Below are positions 48,650 to 62,561 of a DNA stretch of 64,000 bases, piece by piece. How positions within the stretch are numbered: the stretch's first letter is position 1; every line of letters starts with the position of its first letter. A model generated the notes under the pieces. The model saw nothing but the letters and a program-made list of their open reading frames with translations. It did no database searches and had not been told where the DNA came from. The position numbers were made by a program, and so were the translations under genes. The DNA comes from Psilocybe cubensis (lineage: Eukaryota), in assembly GCA_017499595.2 (NCBI GenBank), contig CM039002.1:1116001-1180000 (forward strand), read 5' to 3'.

Positions 48650-50053
48650 TCACTCTGTTCTTTTGGCGATAACCTCTTGGAACGATCTAAAAGCAGATAT
48701 ATCGCCTTCTCCAGCCTGAGGTAGTGGCTTCTCATTGAAGAAGTTCTTGTAGCCCCCCTCGCTTCCCTCAGTATCAGCATAGACGTACCCGTGCCACTGT
48801 GGGTGGTCTTCTGTGCCCTCCTCTATACCGGGAAGCGGATTAAAGGAGAATGTTAAAAGTCCAATCAACTCTTCCTCGAACCGCTTGAAGATGTCAGCCC
48901 AAGCTCTGGGCTCAGTAGCAGAGATTAGGCCCGAGTCGGGTTGGTTCCAACACGATAACAATTCAAGATGGAGAAGAGTTTCTTTATGGCGTAGTATGAA
49001 CGGCTCGGGGCTGAACAGTTCTCCAAAGACAAAATTTTCGAGAGTCAGACTTTCAAGTTTCAGGAATGTAACAAATTTGTCCCAATCGCAAAACGTCTTG
49101 ATGTCGCTGACAAGAGTCAGTGATGCTAAATTTCTGGCGGCATTCAGCATGGTTGTCATATCGCGATCCCAGAATTGGCAGTAATCCTCATCGCTATGGT
49201 AGAACAGTTCCGAGTCGTTTGTCAGAAGGGAGATGGTGAGGCTTGTAAGGGTTTCTAGAAGAGATTTGAATTCGTCCGTCAGTATGCTTTCGTTAGTGCG
49301 AGTTATGAGGTTGTGAATTTCCAGGCTTTGCAGACGAAGACCCTGTTGAGAGTGGAGAGTGGAGAGTGTCCTGATAGCAGCAATTTGAAGTTGCCTGGCG
49401 GGAGACATTTCGTCTGGTTCGTCCTCATCTTCACTCCAGGTGCCAAGGAAACGTAGTTGCAAGGCATTGACGCTGGGAAATTTTGGGATACATTCAAGGT
49501 CAGACAGGACACCTTCGTTAATAGCGTCTGTTATAGTGAAGACGTCATCGATCATCAACAGAAGTTTCCTCAGGCACATTGCGCGACTCACCATCAGTGC
49601 GAGCACCTTTCCCAGACGTTACGAAAATGATTTGCTGGACAAAAGCAGCAAGTTGAGGCGACGCGATTAAGTTTTGAAATCCTTCGCGGCTTTGTTGGGT
49701 TCGAGAGACTGTCAGCGTTCTAAAGGCGAAGGGGTCGGCGGCAGACTTGAACTTCCGAGAAATCAAACGACTTCGTAAAAGAAAGGGCTTGTCATCGATG
49801 TGCTTCAGAATAACTCCCACCAACTCCAGTGATATCTCGTGGCCTATGGGCAGAATCGGCCTGACGCTTTGATTTTCGTGACGCTGCTCTGCATCTACAG
49901 CGATTAACTTTAACAAAGACGGTGGATATCTTACGTATCATTGTACTCACCCGTTGACTCAACATCATCAATGAGTTCCTCCAGAAGTTCATCGGCAGTT
50001 TCTCTTCTGGCTTGTGCCCGAGGAGCTCGCTGTTGGAACGCTGCCCTGGCCAT
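48650..50053 (-). CDS. F-box-like / RNI-type LRR protein
   Basis: ISLELVGVILKHID..LLRSRLISRKFKSAADPFAFRTL, followed by LxxLxL repeats in ORF 48650-49606. Confidence 0.7.
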
Positions 50054-50395
50054 ACTACTGGTAGTGTGGGTTACTTCTGGGCTTCTCCAGTTTGCAGCGT
50101 CAGACTGTATATATATTGCGCTCAAGGGTCGTGCAATTACAGCAAGTATGGCCGAAAGTAGGTGTAAGGTGATCGAATTGTCGAAGATCACTGATGGACT
50201 CGACAATATGTGCCGGCGCAGTTGATTATTTCAAATGTGACATATCTACGTCTGGCTACGCTCGGCGCCCAGTGATACATATAACAGATAAGTACAACTA
50301 CACCCTCCAATGTGAACCGCATAACTTATAATGAGCATGAATCTGACCAAGTTGAATACCGCAGTCAAATGATATACTGTAGAAGATAAACAATT

Positions 50396-51749
50396 TTACA
50401 CGTCAATGCTATCGAACAAGGAACAGGGTATAGTATAAACGCCCACCTGCGATACAGAAACCGCGAACTTAAAATTGAACGATTTTGTTGATGAGAGTCC
50501 ACGAAGGTCTGATTCAGGAAGTAAATTAAGCTCTTCGAGTGCCTCCGGTAGTTGTTCAGGACGAAGGTTCTTTATCGCGACTTTGATGTCGACTTCTTCT
50601 AGCGATGACCAGCCGGGCGATAGAAGGGAATCCTCCAGCAAGCCCCAATGGCCACCAATCACGAAAGTATCGTATCCAAGTGTAAAGCCTTGGAAAAGTC
50701 GAAAGTGAATGGTGAGATTTCGTAGACAGTTGGATTCTTTGGAGAGTTCCTCAAGCATTTTGGAAAAGCTATATAAGACATCGAAAGAGTCATTCAGGGA
50801 TATGAATAGGGTCAAGGATTTCACTGTTGATATGTTTGCAAATAATAGCAAACCGAGAGTTTGTGCAGTAACATCCGGCATGTAGAGAACTATAAATGAA
50901 CAGATATTAGTCAATATATATAAGCGCACACAAATGTTAAAGCGTACGCAGATTCAAAATTTCCAAGTTATATGCGCAACGGAGAAACCTTCCTGTCGTT
51001 TCTTCAAACGCATTCTTGTCTAGAACCAAAGTGAGTGTCTTGAGCTCTGTAAAATCAAGGAAGGGAAGGCGGGTTGAATGATGGGAACTCTTTCGCAACA
51101 TTGGGACAATTATAGGAGTGGCTGAAGCATGTAATTGTAGTTGCTGAAGTCGGATTGGCCTCGCACGGTGGCATAGAGAAATCTCGTTTTGGTGGCCCAA
51201 AGATGTTGCGAGCATATATAGATTTTTCAGATTGATGCATGGGCTCAGTTCGAAAAGATTGAAGCCATGTCCTTGAGATGGTAGAGTCAATGAAATAATG
51301 GTCGGAAGTTGCATCAAGTGAAGCAAGGTGCATTTCATGGACTCTGGAAGACGTCTCCAATCAGATCCTACCCCAAGCCGGAAGGGTGCAACAAGTTGGT
51401 GGTCAAGGGTAAGAACTTCAAGCTTGGTGAGGTGCTTAAAGGCGGTTGGCACTGAAGATGAGGGGTTGAAGTGATCTTTCATCACTAGCCATTCGAATTG
51501 TCGAACATAGTCAGCGAGCCAAGGAGATTTCTCGATAGTTCTAGCAAATCGGTGGGTCAGCCTGGCCGCCAATCTGAAGTCTGTGAGCTTGATGCAACGA
51601 AATATAATTTTTTGACAGGGAGGAAGGAAGGTTCTGCAAGTCAGTGAGCATGCTTTGAGGGTTTTCTTGTCGTTTTCGTCCTCTTCTGCAACGAAATCCA
51701 CTATGGTTGCGATTAGGTCGTAAGGCAGAGTGTCGACAATGGAAGCCAT
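50396..51749 (-). CDS. F-box-like / LRR protein (2 exons)
   Basis: LPYDLIATIVDFV..TLKACSLTCRTFLPPCQKIIFRCI..LADYVRQF; C-terminal WGLLEDSLLSPGWSSLEEV. Confidence 0.8.
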
Positions 51750-52884
51750 GGGTGTGGGGGAGGATGAAGCCTTGAATGCAAGGAAGTGGAGGTGCGAATA
51801 TAAATGAAGCGGGGAGAAACAGGGAGTCCACTTCGGTGCACATCTTTCCGATAACTTTTAAATTAGATGCCGTAAAAATCTTCGTGCAGGCAGCCAGGAG
51901 GCGATCCACTTCAAAAGCGTGTTCAGCCCTCATAGTTCGGAAGTACGTGTTATGGCAAGACCGTCAATTGTTTCATTGTACTTCGCCCATTTTCAGCGAC
52001 AACGAGTTCGGCACGTACTGATATTTACGCAACCATAGGTCAAGAAGCGGAACGGTTAAGGCTATTCGGACTGGGTATAGAAGTCTGAGGATAAATTGGG
52101 TAAGAACGGACGCCATAGGCGATAGTGGCACGACAAAGGTTGGTATTTCATCAAGGGTCACAACTTGTGAGAGACATCAATGAGAGGTCGCAAATAATGG
52201 ATGAAGACCTGCGTACCTGCGTTTTCCTCCGACTCCACATCATATGCGTACTTTCAGAGGGTTGACATGCATAGGATGATTAACTTGAAACTTTGCGGAT
52301 TTGAGACTGTATGTTCAACGCCTTTATACGGAGTTGGTCCTGAGCTATAGTATATTGTATTCACAGCATATTCAAGTCCCATTGATCCAGAGGCACTCTC
52401 CGGCCAGACAGAGCCTGAGAGAGCTATTTAAATTGTTGAACCTATTCCCGTTCAACGAATTGTCCATCAACATCTCTAAACGGTGCCACATTCCATGCAC
52501 AAATTCCGGAAGTGATCGGCATCTAGAGGTCGTGTAAGAGGTAAACCCACATGTGGGTTTGGATTTCAATGATGATTTCAGTTATAACCTGTTACGAGTT
52601 ATCATTGACGGAGCCTAGCGCAGAGACTACGCATACATGTAAGCCAAAAGAGCCTGTAACGTTGAGGATAGTTTGAGTTTACGCTCGAGTTCATAAGTGA
52701 CGAAGTCGTAGAGAATGGAGGCGTCAAGAGGTCAGTTGGGGTTCCCCGAATAGCGGCAATGTGGTGGTGGTCGAAAAGGTAGACGTATTGTCACGCGGGC
52801 GTCACTGCACGCGCATGCCGCTTCGCCTCCGCTGCGCTTTTGTCCACGCACCCACTTCCTGCGCTGCTGCATTGGTTATGACTG

Positions 52885-54510
52885 ATGCTATTATCATCAG
52901 TGGCGACCTTGCTCGTCCCTCTCCTTAGCTGGCTCAATGGCAACCAGCCGCCGACCAACATTCATGGCAGTGTACAACCCCTGAACGAGCCCAGCACAAA
53001 CTTGCAATTCGAACTGCGACATCTTCATGCGGTATCTCCAGATGCGCGGGTTGTATTCGCAGATGCGCCTCCTCCTGCTCTTCAGACGCTCTCGGACCCA
53101 TCAGGGAGCACTAAGGCGTCATACTCTGTCCGCTCAAAGAGGGCGAAGACGTATCGCCCTTCTTCGTTTGTGGCACACACTCAGGCCCGGTTGCGATCAC
53201 TGTATTTTGGAGAGAACGAACCGCTGGACTGGGACGATGAAGAGATATTGCACCCAGATGTAGAGAGTAGGGAAACGCTCCTCGAACTGGCCAAGATGAC
53301 GAACAACGCGTATCTCGAGCCCAGCGACGCTGGTTGGTACGATCTGGATGAAAAGTGGAATGTAGTACGTCATAGTATTGTCCATTATCCCCACCGGTTT
53401 GTTGACGATTCGCCATTTCCATTCAAAAGTCCTTACCTTTTGGCTGGGAACCTGACGCCGATGGTTTTCGTGGGCATGTCTTCGCAACACCTGATAACTC
53501 CACCGTCGTTATTTCAATTAAGGGAACTTCGGCTGGCTTGTTTGGCAGTGGAGGCCCAACGCAAAAGAAGGACAAATTAAACGACAACCTTCTTTTTAGT
53601 TGCTGTTGTGCAAGGATAGACTGGACGTGGAGTACAGTTTGTGGCTGCTATCGTAATGGCTGGAAGTGTGACCAAAATTGTTTGGAGGATGCTCTCATCT
53701 CTGAAAGTCTATTCTACCCCATTGGAACGGTAAGTGGCTACTGCATCTCCCACCAATCTCCTACATTTCTATTCATGCCGTATTTTCATCAGAATCTCTA
53801 TAATAACGTTTCGTATGTATTGTAAGTCGCAATCGTGATAACACGCTCGCCAATCCGTTGGTTAAACAATGTATAGCCCGAACGCAAATATTTGGGTGAT
53901 TGGACACTCTTTAGGAGGAGCCTTATCTAGTCTTATCGGAATTACTTTCGGGCTTCCGGTTGTAGCTTTCGAAGCTCCTGGAGAAAGACTGGCCGCCACG
54001 CGACTTCACTTGCCGTCTCCGGTAAGCTTTAAATTATTCAACAGTGGCGCATTTTTTGAACACTTCGCCCCAAGCCTTCGACTCATCACGTCACCCATGT
54101 GTATCATACTGCAGACCCCATCGCAATGGGTACTTGTAATGGTATTTTATCTTCTTGCGCCTTAGGCGGATACGCTATGGAAACAGCGTAAGCGTTATCT
54201 CAGTCATAACAGTAAAACATCTAATGCACTCTCTGTTAGTTGTCATGTTGGGAAATCAATTGTATACGATACTGTGTCTAACTCATCATGGTCCGTTGAT
54301 GTACGGACCCATGGTATTGTTACTGTGATAGATAAGGTCTTATCGGATCCCTGGCCACCAAGTGTAGAAATCGGAAGAGAGGTTCCCGAAGCTGCTGCGG
54401 AGGTAGACTGTGTGGTATGTTTCTTTCCATATCATCATCACGAAGAATGAGATTCAGACATTCTACATCAGGAGTGCTATAGTTGGGAGTTTGGTGATTT
54501 CCCGGCTTAG
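52885..54510 (+). CDS. ATG15: Atg15-like vacuolar lipase (alpha/beta hydrolase), multi-exon
   Basis: [56 protein letters not shown] (GxSxG), AFEAPGE, HTADPI. Confidence 0.88.
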
Positions 54511-54724
54511 ATGGCCTTGGAACACTTACTATTGTACTTATTCAATTATCATTAATTATCGTAGATGGGTCTTCAGACGCTTGCCATGTACTTTCGACAC
54601 CCAATCATATACACGGGCAAACTATTTCTTGACAAGTAGTCGTCATAAAGGAAGACACGTTCAGGGCCTTTCAAAAAATTCAGGGTCAGTTTGATTCCAT
54701 CAAAAGAGGACACACAAGACAACA

Positions 54725-54740
54725 ACGCGTCGCGTCGCGT
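54725..54740. promoter_or_regulatory. Clustered MCB-like elements (ACGCGT CGCGT CGCGT) upstream of CTF8
   Basis: acgcgtcgcgtcgcgt about 170 bp upstream of the ATG of an S-phase cohesion gene. Confidence 0.5.
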
Positions 54741-54907
54741 CCACTTCTTGTAATTGACTCTCATGATCAATGAACCCGATAACCTCTCTGCCTGTCTATA
54801 GCTTCACAGACGCCACATTCGCCAGCTTTGACTAAGAGAACATCCCTCAATATACCTACTACCCACCAGGCCGAGAGGTCTTCCATCTATTTGTCTAATA
54901 TCATTCA

Positions 54908-56006
54908 ATGATTATACCCGTCACCCTCGCCTCCGCTTCCACGACTGCTGCGAACCCAAAGCTACCGCCGGGTCTAGTCAAGCTCTCGAACGATGAGATC
55001 GTGCTGATAGAGCTTCAAGGAGCGCTCGAGGTCGACCTGAGCGACCCGACCGAGCGGAATGGGAAACTGGTAGGAAAGCTCAAGATGGACGAAGCCACTG
55101 TGAGTACTACTGAGCATTGCTTGTTTTTTTGTTTTTTTCTCCTTCTGTTTCTTCTCCTTCTTTATTTCGTGGACCTTCTTCTTCTTGGTTTTTTGATCAT
55201 TGCATGTATGGCTTCTCCTCCCCCGTGGTTCTTTCTTCTTTGGCCAATATTTTGTGGTGCCACCCAGTGCTCGGTGATGCTATTTGGAGAGAACGATATG
55301 TTATGCCATGCAAAGCTACGAAGCTGGAACGTGGAAGACTCTCTCAGCGACACGTCGCCCACTCCCTCCGCGCAGCCTTTCTGTCCACACTTCCTTTCTT
55401 CGGTCCCTATTCCATTTCCATTTTCACTACATTCGATGCTGAGATCGTCTTCGTGGCTCCTTCCATCGCCTTTTCAGTTCTTCCTGCGTTTATTTAGGGT
55501 TCCGGTGTGAAAAAAAAAATCACATAACCCCAAAGCCCAAAGCAGTAGATGGCGCACTGGTACTGAATACGAAAATCTCTCATTAGAATAAACCTACCCT
55601 TCTCATCGGCCATCACTTGCTCGAAGGCAAGATCGCTGCGCTGCCCAAACCATACGCCATTCTAGTCCGTTCGGGGGGATCCTCCTCCTCCTCCGCATCC
55701 GTGAGAGGTACCACCACTGCCGCGAACACATCCAGCACCACCTCGACCGCACCTGGGAATGGGGATCGGCGCATGCCCAAACGCACTCCCGATCAAACTG
55801 ACGCAGAGTCGCTAGACGACGATGCCGATGAGAGCATGGCCGTCGATGACGACAACAACGATAATGACGACAACGACAACAACGATCACGCCGTGTCGCT
55901 GGGAAATGCGGGTTCTGGGTCTGGCGCGGGCTGGAAGATCGCTGGGATCGTGAAGAAGAAGATTATATTTTCGAAGCGGCCCATGCCCGTGATAAAAAGG
56001 AAGTAG
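54908..56006 (+). CDS. CTF8: Ctf8 subunit of the Ctf18-RFC complex; 2 exons, intron 55100-55586
   Basis: LIELQGALE..LVGKL|KPTLLIGHHLLEGKIAALPKPYAIL..IVKKKIIFSKRPMP. Confidence 0.85.
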
Positions 56007-56906
56007 GATGTTTTTGAATGAAAATATGGGGATTGCAAGTCATTCTAGGTCTCTTCCAGACCGTTGTGTTCTGCATGAGTATGTTTCTTGGGAAACTTGC
56101 AGTTCATAACTCGGGGGATGGGACCGGATTATACTTGGAGACGATGAGATGGTAATATTTTTCGACGTTGCAATCAAGGCTTGCGGGAACACGTTACAAT
56201 GCGTATAAATATATTTCTTCTGTATCAAAAGATAATGGTACATGTATGAATTTCTCTGGGACTGCTAATCGTACACAAAAAAGTACACCTGTGCACATAG
56301 ACACACAACGACAAAACGAAAAGGAAAGACCATAACACAGGGGAAACGAGAGGCACACGGAATAAATGGTTCTGTAGAGATGGCTTGTTGGAAACAGAAT
56401 GACAAGCCGAAATCTCCAACTGGACCAGCCAAGCAAAAAGGATTAGCATGGACGTTCACTCGAAAAGGTAATTATAGCCATACCTAGCGTATTTTTCACC
56501 CAGACTCGGGAGAACTAGTGGGGTGGGTGCAAAGAGTGACGAGGCAGGCAGTTTGTTGTGATTAGATTCTAGACCTTCACCTCCTCGACGAGAAGGATAC
56601 GATGATAGTGGCGAGCATGGATGAAGAAGTCCAAGCTATTGAAAAGAGTATAGCTGCGGCGATTGGGTGGATGTAGAGGAGGATGAGTGAAGGGTCAAGA
56701 ACGTCCAAGAATAAGATAACGACTGTATACAGATTTGGCACATGCAGGGATAATTCGTTCTGAAAAAAGCAATGCACCCAACAGTATGGCTTTATCGATA
56801 TTACAATGCACGGAGTGATTTGCGGGTATAGTGTGCTAAAAAATAACAGAGATATTGCTTCGAGAGAACGAACGGCGGCTGCAAGAGTAGAAGCAATCTC
56901 ATAAAG

Positions 56907-57713
56907 CTAGTTGAAGCCATCAAAGTGTCCCTTGAGGATCCTTTCGCCCATTGGAGATGGCGCTCTGCGAGGTCTTCCACCCTCGTTGCTGATAGTAGCA
57001 GAACGGCGAGGCTTATTGATGAAGGGTGCCGTCTTGGAGGTGGGGCTAACAGCCGTGTTAGGAGGAGGACTCGGGGGCGAGGCAGTGCGGGTATTAACTG
57101 GATCAAGCTGGGGCTTGACACACAGAGAATGATGGTGAACATTCGATCAATGCATAACATGCAAGGAAACTGTACTCACCTTTACGAAGGCAGAGCTGCT
57201 AAGAGACAGCCTTCGAAGGAGATTGGTGCCACGATCGGCATTGACATCCGGAAAAGCGGGTGGAGGGTTCTGAGAGAAACGATTGGCAGCCTGAGCACTA
57301 GCTCTGCGAGCATGAGCGGCTACTGGAATTTCTGCATCTGTATCTTCATCTGCTGCAAAATAGAGCGGGCTCTGTAAGCATATTGACCGAATGCTATTGT
57401 GCAGATAAGAAGCACCTTCAAAAACCGGGGTTGTGCCAAATTTACGCTTGAATGGGAAAGCAGTGGCTGGGGTCTTCGTGGTAGGGGACTGAGCGAGGAA
57501 GTAGGAGAGAATGGGCGATGAAGGCGACGGAACAGTAAACCTAGCAGAATTGGCAGAGCCAGACGGCGGGGTAGGAAGCTCTGAAGAACTGGTTGAAGCC
57601 GAGGACGCGGAAGAGACAGACATGGACCGTGCCCGGCCCCGTGCGTTGGTCGGAATGGAGATGGGCTCTGAGTGCTTTGTGTCGGAGAGATTCATGTTAT
57701 CGTTGGAAGACAT
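56907..57713 (-). CDS. Hypothetical Ser/Pro-rich disordered protein with several RRxS motifs (3 exons)
   Basis: RGRARSMS, RRAS, RRLSLSS; ends RRAPSPMGERILKGHFDGFN*. TATAAA on the - strand at 57800-57805. Confidence 0.7.
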
Positions 57714-57831
57714 TCAGAAAAGAAAAATAGATGGAAGGGAGTTGTGGGTGTAATGAAAGTTGGGAGAGAAAGGAAGGACCGAGTGCAAATGCAAAACACT
57801 TTATATCCCGTCGTGGAGTCAATCTAAATGA

Positions 57832-57841
57832 GTCACGTGAC
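57832..57841. promoter_or_regulatory. Perfect GTCACGTGAC E-box palindrome
   Basis: Exact 10-bp palindrome about 27 bp upstream of the TATA box of the 57713 gene. Confidence 0.5.
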
Positions 57842-60800
57842 GCAGCTACTACCGGCAACATGAATACAAACCCATCGACCACAGCTCGACCCTGCGTGTC
57901 TCATCACCTCAAAGCTTAATTAGAGGCCCCGCCCTCCCTGGATTCTCGACGCTGCAAAGATGTCCACTTTGTCTCCACATTGGAGCTGCTTTATTTCTTC
58001 CGCAACAACAACCCTGCTTCCTTGCATCCTTGTACATATCTCGACCCCTCGCCCAAACCAGCGCCAGGTCTCAGGCCAGTCTCCCGTTCTGCAAGTTTTT
58101 CAGTTCAGCGGGGAGACATTGGCACTCCGACGCTTTGTGTTCATGGATCTGGATAGCATCATTTTGGAGCGCCCGTAAAGGCAATCCCCTGTACACATGA
58201 TCACCATTTTATACCCCGCATTCAGTCCTTTTCGCAGAAACCCAATTCAGTTCCTCCATTTCGTCCAAACGGATGCAAACCAAAACCAGAAGAACACAAA
58301 TATCCGCCAGAAATAACTCAGACCCACCATTCTGGTGCTTCCATTGCGCTTCTTAACTTTGGCAAAGACATCATCACCAACTGTATACTTGCCACTGTTC
58401 TCGAATCTCATTAACGGAAGCTGGAGTAATACTTACACCTCCTGCAGATCGACCAACGAGTTTTATGGGCACTTGATAGAGCCTTTGGCTCCGTAGCAGC
58501 ATCACTGTACACTCAATGCACTCTTCTGAACTCCAAAAGATGTTTCAAAAGCTCTCACAGTTTTTTTTCCGCGGAATACGCCGACTGTCTAAAGTGATCT
58601 CGTCCTCGCCAAGTTGGCGTTAGAGTCTCATGGGTTTCGATCTAACATGACGTGGAAATCAAAAAGCTGCCCTGTGACCCGTTTCTCTCAAAACGTCGAC
58701 GCCTTCTTCAGGGTGCCTGCCTGATGTGGTAGGAGACAGACGTCTGATTGCCAACGCTGTTTGCATTCGGGATCCATCATCAATGTGAGTAAAATCGGAA
58801 TACCTTTCGTTTCTGGTCCTTTACTTGTACATATATAGGCTGAAAGGCTGCGGCATACCGATCCGCCTTCACTATTTCGTCCCAGCACCAGCCAAAACTA
58901 CCCTCGCAGTGGGTTCGATAAACGTAAGGATGACTGTACATACACCGCCGATTTCTTATCTTACTAAACCTATACCCCTGTCATACAGTAAGCGTAATCC
59001 TATGTTCTGATTTCCCCATCGAAAGTAAGTTTGACATGTAGAAGATGCAATTACCATCGACATGGATGATAACTCCTGGTGTACCCGTTTTTCGTCATTG
59101 AGAACATCACACAGTTTTATTTGCAGGACGAGCTTCTCCGCCTCTCTCCGGCCTTTCAGCTTCTCTATCCCATGTGTTGCCTGAGATCGACATAAATGAA
59201 CGCGAAGACTGCTTCACCTGATTGGTAGCCTGGGCCATTCGTGTTGTCCTGGTATTTTCCATTCCTCAAGAACGCAGTACACGGACAATCAAATATTGGG
59301 CTAGACAATGGCTAGGCTGAAATCGACTAGAGGAAACCGGGTAGACTACTGGCCTGCAGTGACGCACCGTCGTATCTTCCCGAACCGCAGTGAGCTGAAG
59401 ACCATCTGATCATGATTTACAGTAGCAGTAGTATTTTTAGAAGACGTAGTATTAGTTTCGCGTGCTAGTAGGTCTATGGATTATGTTTATACAAACGCCT
59501 CACTTTTTACTCGTGTATCAGGGGCTAACTCCAATAGGTCTTTGGTTGGACCTTGGGGTGACGCCCCCGGCCACACCTACTGCATACCGGTACCGCGGCC
59601 TAGAAATAGCGTTAAAATCAAATTTTAATTGTACCTTATTACATGGACCGTCTCGCTCATTCTCGTAATTTATGGCTTCGTTCCCGATGTACCGAGGCTG
59701 CATTTCACGGCCGGAACTGACGATGTATGAGTCTGTAGGTTATACGATGACAGTAAATACGTATTGTAGATTGATTGTATTCCCCTATGCGGCGAAGCAG
59801 GCTTTTGTCCATTTATATTTGTTGCGGTGGAGTTGTTTTTGTCATTTGCGTTTATCTTGCCGGTGGGGCCTTTATCTTTCGGATGCTTTAGACGCGCGCC
59901 AATTTGCGTGTCGCGCGACGCGGCATGGCGCGATCAAACAGCATGATATGATAGGGGCTTCACGTGAGCTGTCTAGAGGATTTTCGCTTCCGATTTTCTT
60001 TCTCCCTCTTCCACCATGATGAATGCGCCTGGTTTATGCGACATGCCTTCTGAACCTCTCAGCTATATCGTTAATCACCGAGATCATTAATGTTATTGCG
60101 GGACAGCAAAGCCGACTTGAAGTCGTGCTCTCACACCTTTACCGGAATCTAAATTGCTCAGGTCTTTATGTGCTTGAAGAGCAGAACGGTGGCCGAGTCA
60201 AATCGCTTATTAGTACTCTCTAACGGTGACCGTATATCCTTGAGTTTGTCAGGCACCTGGAGTTCATACCTTAACTGCCGTTCGTTGCCGTCTCAGCCTG
60301 CCGTACTTACTAGGTTCCCGAACCTTCAATCTGTGCTCTTCCACGCCGGATGTGACATTTATCACTGGGGCTCTGAGGTACCCTCTGGTGGCAGACACCT
60401 TGTCTCGTATCATGATGCTTCCTACGGTGTCTGTTATCAAACTGGCTTATATAGGGCTCGAGTCCTGTTCATCTTGTCATCCCTGGTAGCCTTGATCCTG
60501 CAGGGTACACACAATAGACATTCCTACTCGGCTTCACCATTTGACAATTGGTGCAGCTGATTGCTTTCATTATGAGCTAGACTATGTTGCGAATTTGGTG
60601 ACAATGCGTCGAGCGGATGGTAAAGCAATATTTAAGTTGGAAACTTTGAGTTTCAGAGCCTCAACGAAGATCCATTGGGTCACAACTGGTCTTTTCATCA
60701 CAGTAGCTCAAGAATCTGGAGTTCTTGTATCAATTCATTAACATCCCAAGTGTACGTCGGTGTTCTTACCATGGACGCAGCCACGGACACAGGAGCTTGC

Positions 60801-61212
60801 GGCAGGCCGGCTACAATCCTTTAGCATGCGACTGCGTGAATGAGTAGTACTAGAGTATCATTATTTATTTTACTAGTAGTATAGGGGTGTATTTTTCTTT
60901 TTCGTATTCAAACGTCATTGACAATACCACTGGGGTCTCCTCGATTTCCATTCAATTTACAACCATGGTGTCTGGTCAATGACTGGCCAATGCCTCACTG
61001 TTGGCCAGTCATAACCAGGCTAATCACGCGTTGACTAACTGAGGACGTTCGAATCTAATCGATGCGAGATTTTCAGTCACGTTGGACAACCGAGTCATGA
61101 CCCGTGTGAAGGTGACTATTCAACCGGGTCGTTCCAGTCAAATCACTCTACCGTTGCTGACCTGTTGTAAGTCACTCAACTTCGTTTCCAGCACAACTGT
61201 GTATGGCCAGTA

Positions 61213-62561
61213 ATGGTTTCGTTGATCGACCGATTTCCTCTCGAAATTACTGAACTCATTGTGGAATCTCTTGCCCCCCCACGGTACATACCATACACGG
61301 ATTCAGACGACGAGGACAGTGAGAACGAACCCGAGGACGCAATCGCCCAATACAAGGGGCTCAAAGCTTTGGCTCTGACCTGCCATACACTTCTGCACAT
61401 CTGCCGAAAACATTTATTCTTTTCTGTTGGGTTACATTCTGATAAAGAGTTTACACGATTTGTTCAAATTATCGCTCGCTCGCCAGCACTAGCTCAATTC
61501 ATCCGTTGCTTATACTATTGGCCAAAAGCGTCGGTCTCCGCATTGCCTTCATTGGTAGAGGCACTACAGAGTCTCACACAATTGAAGTATTTGACCCTCA
61601 ATGGCGGAGATCTGCTTTCCATACCCAATTCGCTACGGGACGCTATTCTCCATCTTACACACCTTCCAACAATCGAATACTTGGGCTTGTCTGACGTGGA
61701 AAACATAATACCTCATCTGCTGGTCTCATGCAGTAATGTAAAACACCTTCTCGTTTCTTCCAGAGGCTTCTCGCGATTTTTAGGGGATGATTTGCCGACA
61801 ATCATAACAAAACCAACACAACCAAGAACAATATTTATCGACGATTTCGGAAGCGAGGTTTTGTTGTCTATGCTAAAGGCCCGAGATAGTCGAGGAACTT
61901 CGATGATGAACTTCGATAATTTACGAAGATGTACTGTCTTCACCTTTAACGAGGAGCCAAGTCATCTTCGTTCTGAACTCTATGGTCTGATAAGTTATGT
62001 AACTTGTTTGGAAGATTTAGAAGTCTGCGGTGGGTTATTTACGTATCAATCTCAAATGCGAGATTATGTGTTCACAATTCGGATATTACAGGTAGCCCGG
62101 AATCGCTTGTTTCGGATGCCCTTTACGCAATCGCATCCAATACTAAAGCCTTGAAAATTCTGAAGGTGGAAGCTCGTATTCGTGATGACCCCTTGACAGC
62201 CATCTGCGCTGCTTTGGGAAATATAGCGGGCCGAAATCCTATCGAGACACTGACAGTGGAAATTATTGACTGTGATCATATTGTTTGTTGCAACAACGTT
62301 GCGTTAGACGGAGGATATAAACTTCTTGAAAACGTTCTTCTTCAGCCTGGATGGAAGCATTTGCAATACTTCAAACTCCGTTTTACGATATGGCCACGGA
62401 CCACGGACCGCCACGGCTCCTCAAATCTACCCCGATCAATGAAGCAAGAGCTTGCAAGCAGAATTAAAGGCCAGATCGAACCGAACTTTCAGAGATTAGC
62501 CACGAAGAAATCATTTAAATTTGAATATAGAATTCGAGATTACCAGCGTTACCTATGGTGA
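61213..62561 (+). CDS. F-box-like / LRR protein (2 exons)
   Basis: FPLEITELIVESL..LKALALTCHTLLHICRKHLFFSV..LAQFIRCL; LENVLLQPGWKHL; same family type as 50396-51749. Confidence 0.8.

Noticed and set aside
55425-55470. GCTGAGA suggesting a fungal intronic TPP riboswitch
   Set aside because: The downstream conserved TPP core (UGAU..GG.UAAU.CC.GCG) is absent and the host gene is unrelated to thiamine.
57960-61100. Short ORFs, e.g. 60168-60560 and 60541-60741
   Set aside because: No consistent spliced model or recognisable domain; possibly a decayed gene, but unsupported.
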